Below, piece by piece: positions 51,201 through 61,708 of a DNA stretch of 64,000 nucleotides (its first letter is position 1; each line of letters starts with the position of its first letter). Source of the DNA: Lophium mytilinum (taxonomy: Eukaryota); assembly GCA_010093605.1 (NCBI GenBank), contig MU004188.1:1305673-1369672 (forward strand). The letters run 5' to 3'. The notes beneath the pieces are model-generated. The model saw only the letters and a list, made by a program, of their open reading frames with translations. It was not told where the DNA came from and ran no database searches. Position numbers and translations under genes: made by a program.

Positions 51201-53348
51201 CTCCCCTTCGACGAGTGCGAAATTCGACCCGGTGACCTCCTCTGTCGCAAGCATCATTCCGTCGAGCATTTGCTCATCGACGCATCAAAGAGGCAAACGA
51301 TGAGAGCACTATGGACAGTGACGTCCTTTCGGTCTATATCGCCCGTCGGACTCATACATGTGACGCTTTGAGTCATTGTCGCCGTTTCAAGGGCAGCCTG
51401 GTCAAGAGTTTCGGTCGCTTCAGCGCAGAGGCATGCTGAAGAAACTCGGGATATCGAAGAAGCGATGTCGAAGTGTCTCTTCTGTGATGTCAGCCTTCGA
51501 GCAGGCCGTAGCCCATTGCGCTTCGGACAACATACAGCCGCAGCGCGGAACATTGACTCATAGTTGACGTGGCTATTTTCACAGCCTCGACACGTTGGAT
51601 GCCTTCTTCATTGTCAATATTCTGATATCTATTTTTCCAGTATCAAAAACCCCATACTTTCAAAACAGTCCACAGTAAGTTCCGCGACACTCCTAATCCA
51701 CCTAATCCACCAGACCCCCACCGCACCATGGCTCATCTGTATCTCCCATCCATCCATGATCCCGGCTTCCACTAGGCCCGTCCGCCCTATCTCATTCCAG
51801 TCTTCTTTAGTCTGCTCCTTCGTCCTGGGTCGTATTCTCAAGCCCCACCGCCCGTGCTCGTGAGAGCTAGATCCATATATGGGCCCAAACGGGCTATAGT
51901 ACCAGCACTCCCCCGCATGAGGACTTCTTCACCGCTGCTGCTGCCTAGCGTTGATATCGCTCCCCCTACGCTGGGATCCTCCTGCTTATTTTTCGGCACA
52001 CAAAGATGTTGGTCATCATCTCGAATTAATTCCCGATTTGCTCGCATTAGCCGCATTTCTGGGATCGGTGATCCAGGATGTGTGCCCGGAGGAAAGACGC
52101 ATATCGTCTAAGATCGCTAACTTGATAGGTATGTGTTTCAGCTGAGTCGTGGGTTGTGGAGGCTTCGCTTCGCTGTTCTGCTCTGGAATCAGGATTTGAG
52201 AGCGAAAATCGGACGAGGCGCGGCCGCGGAGCCCTGTAGTATGGCTCTTTTCTACTAGCCGCAGCTTGGGGATCCGCTAGCAACTATCAAGTCCAAATAG
52301 TCCGTCGCTTTCTTCGAGGCGGTTAACTAGGTAAAGACTTTCACAGATGCGTTGTTCAACGAGCCTGTTAGATTCTTTGTAGTCACAAGAAGAATGAAAT
52401 CGTCTATGGCAATCAGCCGTCACTAACTTCGTTTTTCTACATAGTAAAAACAGCATCTCTTCTCTGTTTCCTACGTTTCCTACGTCGCAATCTAGAGTCT
52501 CGAGTTCAAAACTACATATGCATCTCAAGTGAAATGCCTCATAGCGCTTCCTATAGTCTGCTATCCTCTACATATCCCACTATGACTTCTCTGAGTCATT
52601 ACGTTCTTCTTTTCGAAGACATCGATTCTCTATAAGTCCTCCCGATAATATCACTTGCTTCATAGCATGGCAACCTTTCCCAACATACTATGTGTGTAAT
52701 AGTACAGGAGTTTATTGTGTAGTGGCTGAGACGCCGGCGTACTGTGCCAGGAAAAAGTCTCCTTTTACCTTATATTATCGCTTGTGGTGTGCCCTAACGT
52801 ACATACTAACTAATAGAATCTGGGAGCAACGGGCCAAATCTTCACGCTGTGTAAGTATTTCCACCGTGGCCCGAGGTAGCCCAGCAATGTAGTAGGTACA
52901 TCAAAGTAACAGGTGTGAACCTCCTTTCTTGCAGCGCTCCAAGCGGCATCAAAGTAGTGCCACAAAACCCGTATCCTATCAGTATAAGCCTACTCGGTCA
53001 ATTAGAGTCTCTGCAGTCCTCACAAATTCATCTTGATGCTCTCCAGCATAAAGGAGGCCTACGAAGGTGCCAGAAATTCTCGATCAATTCACCATATCCC
53101 GCCCATTGCTGACGCTAAGTCATCCGCCTTGAATCGCGAAGGGCTCGCTGGCTATAAAGTCCACCCTGAACAGAGGCTGCTGGCTCTCAATCCTACCTAC
53201 CTCACAACCTCACAGCCCACACCTCGATTCTCGGCACAAATTACTTCCAGGCTCTACCCATTACATCACGGAGCACCAACACCTACTCTAAATACCTAAA
53301 CACAATTCAAACACCCAATTCAGGCATACAACCAACATCAGAGCCACA

Positions 53349-54897
53349 ATGCCTCCCCAAACTCCAGGGCAAGTCCCCCCGCCCTCCTCTCAACTCCTTA
53401 TGCTAATACCCACCAAGGCCAGAGCAATTAGACTGCCGAATCTCCGTCATCTCCCCTTCCGGCCGCCACCGCGAAACCCTCCACCTCCCCTTCGCCGCGG
53501 TTGCCATCAGCCCCGCCCTCCGCCAACTCCATTATCCCATTCTCCTCCCCCACACCAGCCCCTCCCACCTCCGCCCCATCGCGCACTGGCTCAGCCTCCA
53601 CGAACAGCACCCCGACCCCGAGGCGCATCCTGCCCTCTTCCGGGGCCTCAACCTCGAAACCCCCTCCCTCCTCCTCCAGGCCGCCAAGACCTGGCTGCTG
53701 GCCGGCACGCTCGGCCTGCCCGCCTTGCAGAACGAGCTCGTCGCCCATCTTTACGAGCTGTACGACGAGATCGAGCCCGTGTCGGACTACGACCTCCCGG
53801 GCATCGATAAGCGCGTGTTTGCGGTGTTGCTGGCGGAAGGGCAGCGCGCGGGGCCGTTGCTGGAGTTCGTCGCGGATTGGTATGCGAATGTGTATGAGAC
53901 GGATGAGGCGCTGGTGGAGGCTATGAGGGACGCGAGGGTTGGGGGGAGGGTGATGGAGTTGGTGCTGGGGAAGAGGGAGTATGTGAGCGCGGGTGTGCCT
54001 GCGGCGTGGGAGATGTGGTTTGTGGATGAGCGGGTTGGGGTTAGGGGGGATTGGCGGGGAGTGTTGGGGGTGGTGGAGGGGTATGGGGAAGAGCATGCAC
54101 CGCAATCGAGACGATCGAGGTCGAGGGGACCTGCGGCGCGTCAGGGAGCAGAGCGTCACATGAGATCTGCGGGAGGAGACACATCTGTGCACCCGGAGGA
54201 CTCGAGGGGTTTCCCAATTTCGAGGGAACCAACCCCTGGGACGACGACTCCCACCTCGTCCTCGACGCCGGCAGCCACGGTGACGAATAACTACAATATC
54301 TTCATCGGCGAGCACAACTCCGACCAACTCTCTGACATCCTCCGCCGGATGAACATCGACCCGTCCACTGTCCTCAACGATTCCCCTCGAGCTACAACAC
54401 CCAATGGACCTACCAACAACGTCCCCCTTCCACCGCCAACAACTACCCCTCACCCAGCTCATCCTCACAACGCAACTAATACCGCCACCGACCTCCCTGC
54501 GCGCGTCCGTTTCGCGGAGCCGGAGCAGCAATACACCTACCCATATGTCGAGGACGGTTCAGAATCGGAGGGAGAAGACACGCCGCCGCCCTCCCCGCCG
54601 CCACATAGCCAGCGGAGCGCGATGGCGGGATCCCGATACGGGAGTAGGAGCCAGGGCAACGAGCAGGGGCCGCGGGGGAGGGGGTCGATGAGAATGGCGC
54701 GGGATAGGGGGGGTCGGACGCCGCGTGGTAATGGGCACGGGGATGGTCAGGTTCCGCGTGGTAGTGGTGCAGGGAGTGAGGGTTTGGAGGGCGGTGGGTT
54801 TGGGCGGGATGGAGGTGGACTGCACGGACGGCGTAGGTCGCGGGGCGGGATGGGGGGGATGGGGGAGTTTACAGGACGGAGGGGGGGTAGGGGCTGA
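53349..54897 (+). CDS. Hypothetical protein with BTB/POZ-like N-terminal region and disordered RG-rich tail; first intron is GC-AG
   Basis: ATG 53349; intron 53369-53417 (GCAAGT...CTAAT...AAG) puts it in frame with ...ILLPHTSP...IAHWL...KTWLLAGTLGLPALQNELV, a fungal BTB-like pattern. Stop at 54895-54897. Confidence 0.7.
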
Positions 54898-54980
54898 TTA
54901 GGGGCTGAGTATGACCGAGGTCGTTCGGGGAGCTAAGCTTTAGCTCTATGGGGTTTTGTAAGCGGTCTTGGGGTAAGAAC

Positions 54981-55105
54981 TCTACTGTGTCTCGTTATAG
55001 AGATCTGTAAGACTTCTTGCCGCTGCTTGCGGTGCAAGCTAATATCTTACTCTCTGGTATCATGAATCAAAACAAAATGTAGCATTTTGGGCCACTGAAA
55101 AACTT
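54981..55105. repeat. 125-bp inverted repeat, right copy (partner at 38905-39029)
   Basis: Reverse complement of 38905-39029 with 2 mismatches. Confidence 0.97.
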
Positions 55106-55177
55106 CCTCAAGTATACTATCTTCTCCCCTATGCGTGATACTAAACAACTTCACTCCTTCACCTCACTAGCCCTATA

Positions 55178-56299
55178 CTATCGCATAAGAACCTCTACCG
55201 ATGTTCTCTCAAGAACGTACACCCAATGCACGACCCTCGGTCTATGTACACCTTTCCATGCCTCGTCTTCTAAAGGCGCCTCAACCTCCTCATGCCGCGC
55301 TAGCCGCCACAGCGTCGCTGGGTCTGGGAAGCCTTGATCGAGCAATTCAGGCGGAACAGCCGGTTCCACGTCCGTATATGGAGGCAGAAACGGAAAACGT
55401 GCGCTAGAGTACGACAAGCAAACCCAACGTGCGTGTGGTACGACTAGAGCGGCGAGGTGGACGGCCAGAAGAGTCAGGGGGTGAATATGATAAAAAGATT
55501 GAGAAGAAGGAGAAAGAGAGGGAAGTCGTGCGGAGGGAGATGGGGATGACGTGGAAAGCGAAGGACTAGAAGTATGCCGAATACTTAACGGGTAAGGTGA
55601 CGACACGGGGATATCTTCAGCGCAAGCTATAGCGTCGGAGCAGGATTTCTCAACGATTAGGGTATAGGACGCCGGATCGCAGATACGGAGGAGAGAGGGG
55701 AGGGAGAGGAGGTCGACTGTGTCCCAGCGCATATGGGTAGAATGGGCCGGGGTGTGACAGGTGAGGCCGGGGTCACCAAGAGCAATTATGGTATTATTGT
55801 GGCTTTTGGTACCACTGTGCCCTTTGATGCCATTGTGTGTTTTGGTATCATTTTGCCCATTGGTATCAGTTCGCCTATTGACGGCATTTCGCCCACTGAC
55901 ACAGGTTTGAACCTCATCGGGTATACTCAGGATTCTCGAACTGTCGACGCTTTCTGCACTCTTTTTACCCTGGTCGTTGCTCTCTCCCTCCCCATTTGGC
56001 TTTTGAAATATCTCCGCTTCCCGCAAGTTGCCTAGGTCTATGGCTTCTTTGGAGAAATCTACGTTATGAATCTGAGATGGCTCGTCTACGTGCGCGCGGA
56101 GGTGATATGAGAGTAGAGAGGTTCCACAGCCAATGTGTAGGATATTTGGTGTTGTTTTTTCGGAAGTGTCTCGCAAAGCAGCTGTAATGTGCGGATCGAG
56201 GATGGATGCCGGTTGGAGCCAGTCGAAAGCGCTTGGATTGGAATGGAAACGTGAATCCCAGTACTTGGAGGAGGAGAAGGGCGGCGGTGACGGTCCCAT
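55178..56299 (-). CDS. Class I SAM-dependent methyltransferase (EEF1AKMT4/METTL13-like)
   Basis: YWDSRF...FDWL, motif I ILHIGCGTSLLS, NVDFSKEAI, IVEKSCSDAIAC, WVCLSYS, HWVYVL. Confidence 0.85.
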   Translation of the reverse strand: MGPSPPPFSSSKYWDSRFHSNPSAFDWLQPASILDPHITAALRDTSEKTTPNILHIGCGTSLLSYHLRAHVDEPSQIHNVDFSKEAIDLGNLREAEIFQKPNGEGESNDQGKKSAESVDSSRILSIPDEVQTCVSGRNAVNRRTDTNGQNDTKTHNGIKGHSGTKSHNNTIIALGDPGLTCHTPAHSTHMRWDTVDLLSLPSLLRICDPASYTLIVEKSCSDAIACAEDIPVSSPYPLSIRHTSSPSLSTSSPSPSARLPSLSPSSQSFYHIHPLTLLAVHLAALVVPHARWVCLSYSSARFPFLPPYTDVEPAVPPELLDQGFPDPATLWRLARHEEVEAPLEDEAWKGVHRPRVVHWVYVLERTSVEVLMR

Positions 56300-56816
56300 G
56301 GCGATCTGAGAGGTTGATTAGATTCGTAGCAGTGTGGTCCACGGGCGGGTAGGCCTCACTAGCTAGTATTAACGCCTGTTATCTAATGATTTGATCTCAC
56401 GTTTATAAATGATCTCTGTATATCCCTTAGCCCGTCGTGGCGCAACGTTCGGACTTTCTGTTGAACACACAGCGTATCCTTAAGGGACAGTCTGACACCG
56501 TTTGAGGTGGGCCATAAAGCTTTGAGTCTTGTTGAAACTGTCCTTTTCCGATCTCTTTAAATGTACTACAGGACCTTATGCGATGCTAGGCTAGTGTACG
56601 AAAAGCCTAGAGGGCATGTGTTGCTCAAGTTATTTCGCTGCAGTTTTTATCACTCGAGGCTTCCTGTTGGTTGTATTCTTCTCGATATCGTAGAGCCAAA
56701 TGCGACGGGCCAAGGGATACAACAGAGCTTATAAGTTGCAAATTTGAGTTTGCGGCGTTGAAGGTTGACGTTGAACCATGGTCAGTCGCGACAAGAGGTG
56801 GTGTCTCGGAGAATTT

Positions 56817-57310
56817 ATTTGTCGTATTCAATTGTGCGTTCAGCGCTTGGCGGTTTTCTTCTGCACACCACTTGCGTGCAGAGTATGCCAACACCCAACC
56901 TTAGGTGTACAGCCTTAAAATTTTAACTAGAGGCACTCTATAAAGTACTTAGTATAGTCCTTAGATTCTAGCTTTAAATAATAGAGATTAGAGGTGCTAT
57001 CTACATCTGCGCCCATGGCTTAGAGTTAAAGTTCCTTGCCAAGTCTTACCCCTGTCGCGCGATTGCAGGGGCAGCACTTGTAGCTGCGCGCATCTACGAG
57101 GCAGACAATGGCAGAGTACTAGATTTTACAGCCAGCTGTTACTTTTAAGGGCTAAAACTTAAGAGTATAACTCCTAGAGTCAGCTTCTACTATCTAGGAG
57201 ATTTTAAGCGCTACAGCTTAAACCTTTATTGTAAAGCGCGCGTACAAACACGCAAGTGGTGTGTAGAAGAAAACCGCCAAGCGCTGAACGCACAATTGAA
57301 TACGACAAAT
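56817..57310. mobile_element. MITE/foldback-like element with 62-bp inverted repeats and RIP-like interior
   Basis: 56817-56878 (ATTTGTCGTATTCAATTGTGCGTTCAGCGCTTGGCGG...CTTGCGTG) is the reverse complement of 57249-57310 with 1 mismatch. The interior is TpA-rich. No TSD found. Confidence 0.65.
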
Positions 57311-57390
57311 CCTCACCACCGAGCTTTAACGACATCCGCACATCTTCTCTCCACCAACACAACCGCGATTGTAGCTAGCCACCAATCCCA

Positions 57391-58310
57391 ATGGCTTCCT
57401 CAACCTCGATACCACGATTCCTAATTCCACGCGCACAACTCCTCCTCCGCCCCCAGACCCGCCTCTTCCGACCTACACCTCTACTGCTCGCCGCCCGCCA
57501 TGCATCCAAATCTAGCAAAAACCCCTCCCAGCAGATCGTACTCGAGAAGCCCGAGAAATTCAACCCGCCCTCCCATGGGCGACGCTTACCGAAGGCCAAG
57601 CCGAAGTCCTATGGACCGGAGCTGACGGCGGCCCAGAAAGAGACGATGGCGACGAAGAAATACCCGCATATGATGCCACCAAAAAACAGTTTCTTGTACA
57701 ACTTTCTACACGATAGGTGGATACACACATGGATATCGCTGGTACGTTGCGTCTACTTTATCTCAAGCTACCTGAACTCCCTCCTTTCTGGGGGCGCATG
57801 TCGACCTCAGATGCGCCACGCCCGCTCAACGAGGATATACACCCCCAAACCGCATACCCCCACAACCCTCCACTAACCCCCTCCTCCCAGGGCATCCTCC
57901 TCACCCTCGGCATCTGGGCCTTCTACATAAACTTCATCACCACGACCCCGTACGCCGACCTCGTCCCCACCCGCGCCGACTTCCGGTCGCACCCCATCGA
58001 CTCCTTCTTCAAACTCGTCGAAGTCTACAAAATGCACGTCGCGTACGTGTCCGCACAGACAGCCGAGCGCCGCCGCAAGAACGTGGAGGACGTCACCAAG
58101 CGCGCCGAGTACCGCAAGGCGCACGGCCTGGACCAGAACCAGGGTTTCGGGGGGTGGACGGCGAAGAGCGATGACGAGATGCTGGGGCCGGGGTTGCGGG
58201 CGAGTGATAGGATTGTGGCGGCGGATGGGGCGTCACCGGTGGCGGAGGAGGAGCGGCCGGGGGAGGCGCCGTATAAGAAGCCGTTGAAGAAGTGGTTGGG
58301 GATTTGGTGA
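57391..58310 (+). CDS. Fungal single-pass membrane protein, probably mitochondrial
   Basis: Presequence-like N-terminus, VLEKPEKFNPPSHG, YPHMMPP. Intron 57742-57890 joins to the TM segment GILLTLGIWAF, then RRKNVEDVTKRAEYRKAHG...KKWLGIW*. Confidence 0.85.
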
Positions 58311-59696
58311 GGTGGGGGTTTTGTTTTGGGAGGGGAGGGAGAGGTGTATATTTGTAGTGTTCGGGCAGTGATATATTGTATGTTATAAAACCAGTGACAT
58401 GGCTTGGGTTGCTCCGCTCCTCTGTGTCATGGCCTCACGAATTTATTGGCACGGCCGTTGTTTTCTTCTGGCTGAATATGTTGTTCCGTAGTGCAATGGT
58501 CTTGACATGAAGGGCGTGAAAAGGTACAAAGCGTGGTCTAGTTGCTCTTATTACACCGAAAGCCCACTTCACGCTCATACGCATTGTAGACACACTTTTG
58601 GTCTATATAGCGTCATTGATATCGAAAGCGTGTCAGAGAAGGAGTAGGGTCTTGGTCAAATGGTATCCTCATAGACATCAAACTTCTGCAACACTCGGTG
58701 CTCTCACATTTTCCTATATCCGAATCTACCATCACCCTTCAACTCTATAAAGCCTATTTCATTACTGCCTTCACATCAAACTACATTTCCTCCTCAGGCT
58801 TTAGCGACCTCCCTTTAATAGCATGAATTAGACCCCCAGGGTCTGTGAGGTGCGATGAAATGGGCTGGTAGCGGTAATGGGCGAGTGTCTATGGGCTTCC
58901 TGTTAGATACTAGGAAGGGGAGTGGTGGTTGAAGCGTTCAGCCAGGGTCTGGTTTAGGAGGGAGCTAAGGAGCTGGGGTGGGGGATGAGATGGATTCTGA
59001 TAGTCTGGAAGTAAGTGAGAAGTTTACCTCGATGGGTGAGTCTGCACTTACGAAGAGGGGCTCGTTGCGGTGACGAAGAGGGGATAGAATTTTCAGATAA
59101 AGGCGCTGAAATAACGACTTGATGTGTTTGAGATAAGTAGGAGGGAGAATGTAATACAGTGAGAAAGGGCGATTGAGCAGAAGAGGTGATGAAAAGAGAA
59201 GAGAGATACGCGGTCTCGGTTTCAGTCAAATGACTGTGCCGTACTTGTATGAATATGACGATCAAGGTAATGGGTAATTAGATTCGATTCTCTAGTATTA
59301 CTTCAGTTGACTACAGTCCTTTGGCTACGGAAATTTGATCGCACCCTAGTATAGGATCGAAAAGACCTAGAAAGCCCATCTTCGGTAAGGTATTGGAAGA
59401 ATGATGACACAAAGCCCCTTCTCAATAGCGAAACCGCAATGATGTTTTCTAGTTGCTCCTCTTCCTCTCAAGAACACGTGAGATATTTGTGGCTTCAGTG
59501 GGCCCTCTTGTCTTGAGATGCTTCAGTATGTCATACTGGCGGACGAAGTGGGTATTCTCGATTTTTGTATGCTTCGTTGCAGCCTGCTGGTCCAAATTGG
59601 GATTCTGCCATGCAAACGCGACTTCGCCGAAAATTATAGCGTAGTAAATGCCGACGAACATATCTGTGGAGAAATGCTTGACTCAGCTGTCGGGCT

Positions 59697-60520
59697 TCAC
59701 CTCCAGCCACCCACTCTCCCAGCATCCCACCTCTCCTTCCTTTCCGTTCTTAAGTATGCAACCTTGCGGCTCTCTTTCAGCCGTCTTACAAACTCGGCCA
59801 CTTCCCTTTCGCTCGCTAGCGCACCGTTGCCAGCTTCGCCGTCTAGGAAGCTCTCTTCTAGTCCTCTACACAGCGCCTCCTGCTCCCCCACTGCGGCGCT
59901 GAGACGCTGGTATAGTGCTGGTGGACTAAATTCCCGCAGCGCAGCGTCCTGCTCGGCCTGCTTAGCCTGCCATTGGCGTTCTAGTGCGCGCAGTGACAGG
60001 AGGCGAGACTGTGTGCTCTGGCGCTGATGTTGGAGGTGGGACTCCAATGCCTTTAGGGAATCCGCAAGGGCAAGATTAGCTGAGAGGAGGCTTTGTAGCG
60101 GCGCAGTCGAGGCTGGAAGCGAGGGGTGCGTGGTTTGGGGGTTGTGGAGTATGGCATGCTGAAGCTCGGGATTCTGCAAGATATGGTGTAGATCGACAGT
60201 CCTGAGAACGCTTGAGCATGATGCCATGGCAAGTTTCAAGCTACGTACGTCTTATCTTTTATAATGTCAGACAGCCAGCCATCCTCGGGCAGTGGTACGC
60301 CATTATGTTGACTGGCGCCCCGCTGAGGATGGCCTTGGGGATACTGCTGGGGGGGCTGCTGCTGTTCATAGTACTGTTGACCAGGCGGCAGAGGAGGGAG
60401 CGGCGGCTGCGGCGTAGCCTGTCCGCTGGAGTGGGCTGAGGGTTTCGGGGGCGGCGGTGGTGGGGTGGAGGGGTTGAATTGGAACTGTGTTTGAGATTGA
60501 CGCGGGGAATGGTATGACAT
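59697..60520 (-). CDS. VPS37: ESCRT-I subunit Vps37 (Mod(r) domain)
   Basis: Pro/Gln-rich N-terminus; intron 60202-60248; coiled coil then FSPPALYQRLSAAVGEQEALCRGLEESFL...FVRRLKESRKVAYLRTERKERW. Confidence 0.8.
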
Positions 60521-61708
60521 GGCGGCTATGCGGTCAGAGAGGCTTGACTGGTGACGCAGCGTGGTTTGCAGGAATGTTTCGAAGCCGCATCATAAACATC
60601 TGACGTGCGACGGTGCTGCTGCAGCTCACCTTCATGCGAACCTTGGAATGCTGAAACAGTGAGGTCGTGGATGATGCTGGACGTGGCGCTAGGCGTGCGG
60701 GCATACATTTCGCCGGGATATATCTTGGCACTCAGTTTATGCAGACCGAATTGGCCCCCTTTTCTGGCTTCCACATGAGTCGCCGCGTTCTCCGCCGATA
60801 GATCAGATCGCTATTCTCGATGACAAAACACCGTACGGATCTCGGAGCGCCTCTCGCGCTGCGCGGCGGGTAGGTATTTTGCGCAATGCGCGCCTCGCGG
60901 GCGGACAATAATGGCGGTGGACCCTTGCTAACGAGCCACCCGCTGCGCTGAGCATTACCCTGCTAGTGAGTAGAGTGGAGCTGTTGTGTCTGGACCGGCA
61001 AGCGCCAGTATAAACGGGCTCATCGCGAGGGCCGTCCACTCGGCCAGTCATTTCTAGTAGAGCCAGATGGGAGGCCCGCGTGAGGCCTGAAGCGCCCTTG
61101 CAAGTTGCAGCGTTATGTCTGAGTGGCCGAGTGCCGCAATTGCATTCTCGAGGCCAGTCTCGAGGATAGTCTCGTGGACACTCTCGCAACGGTGGCGAGG
61201 CCCAGGGGTGTTGTGATTGCATCGCAGAATGCAACCTCCATCACCACCCGCGCACTCTCTCTTCGGCAGCCCCCTTGCCAGCAGCCATCCCGTGCTGGCC
61301 CCGAATTGGCCGGCTCCAGCTCCGTCGCCGAATCACACGGCGGTACCTGCATTAACGTTATCTGCGCGGCCCCGTGCATCGCGCCCGATCGAGCCGCTCT
61401 CTTGCCTCAGCTCCACGCTCCGAGAACCGTGTCCGAGCCGCAACCACTCAAAGCACCACTCACGCCGACGCGCTATCCCCAAGCGCCTTGCCGAGCTGCC
61501 ACACCCATCGCTCAGATCTGACGAGAGGGCCAGTTGCTGCACTGCGCGTCCTGTTCACGGTGGAGCGAGCGCCTCACATCCCCAAGCCTCCCCTTTTTCG
61601 AGCCTCGCGCTGGCAAGTCCACCACGCCTCCGACCACGCCAGGACACACCAGCTCTTTGTTCTCCGCATTTGTGCAAAGTCATGACTATCACACCGCTGT
61701 AACGAATA

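Noticed and set aside
51630..52700. Minus-strand frames interrupted by TAG stops, possible gene relic
   Set aside because: No recognisable domain or consistent splice model; cannot be supported without a homology search.
38905..55105. Interpretation as a 16-kb cargo transposon or Starship
   Set aside because: No transposase or DUF3435 tyrosine recombinase visible inside, no target-site duplication, and the content looks like ordinary chromosomal genes.
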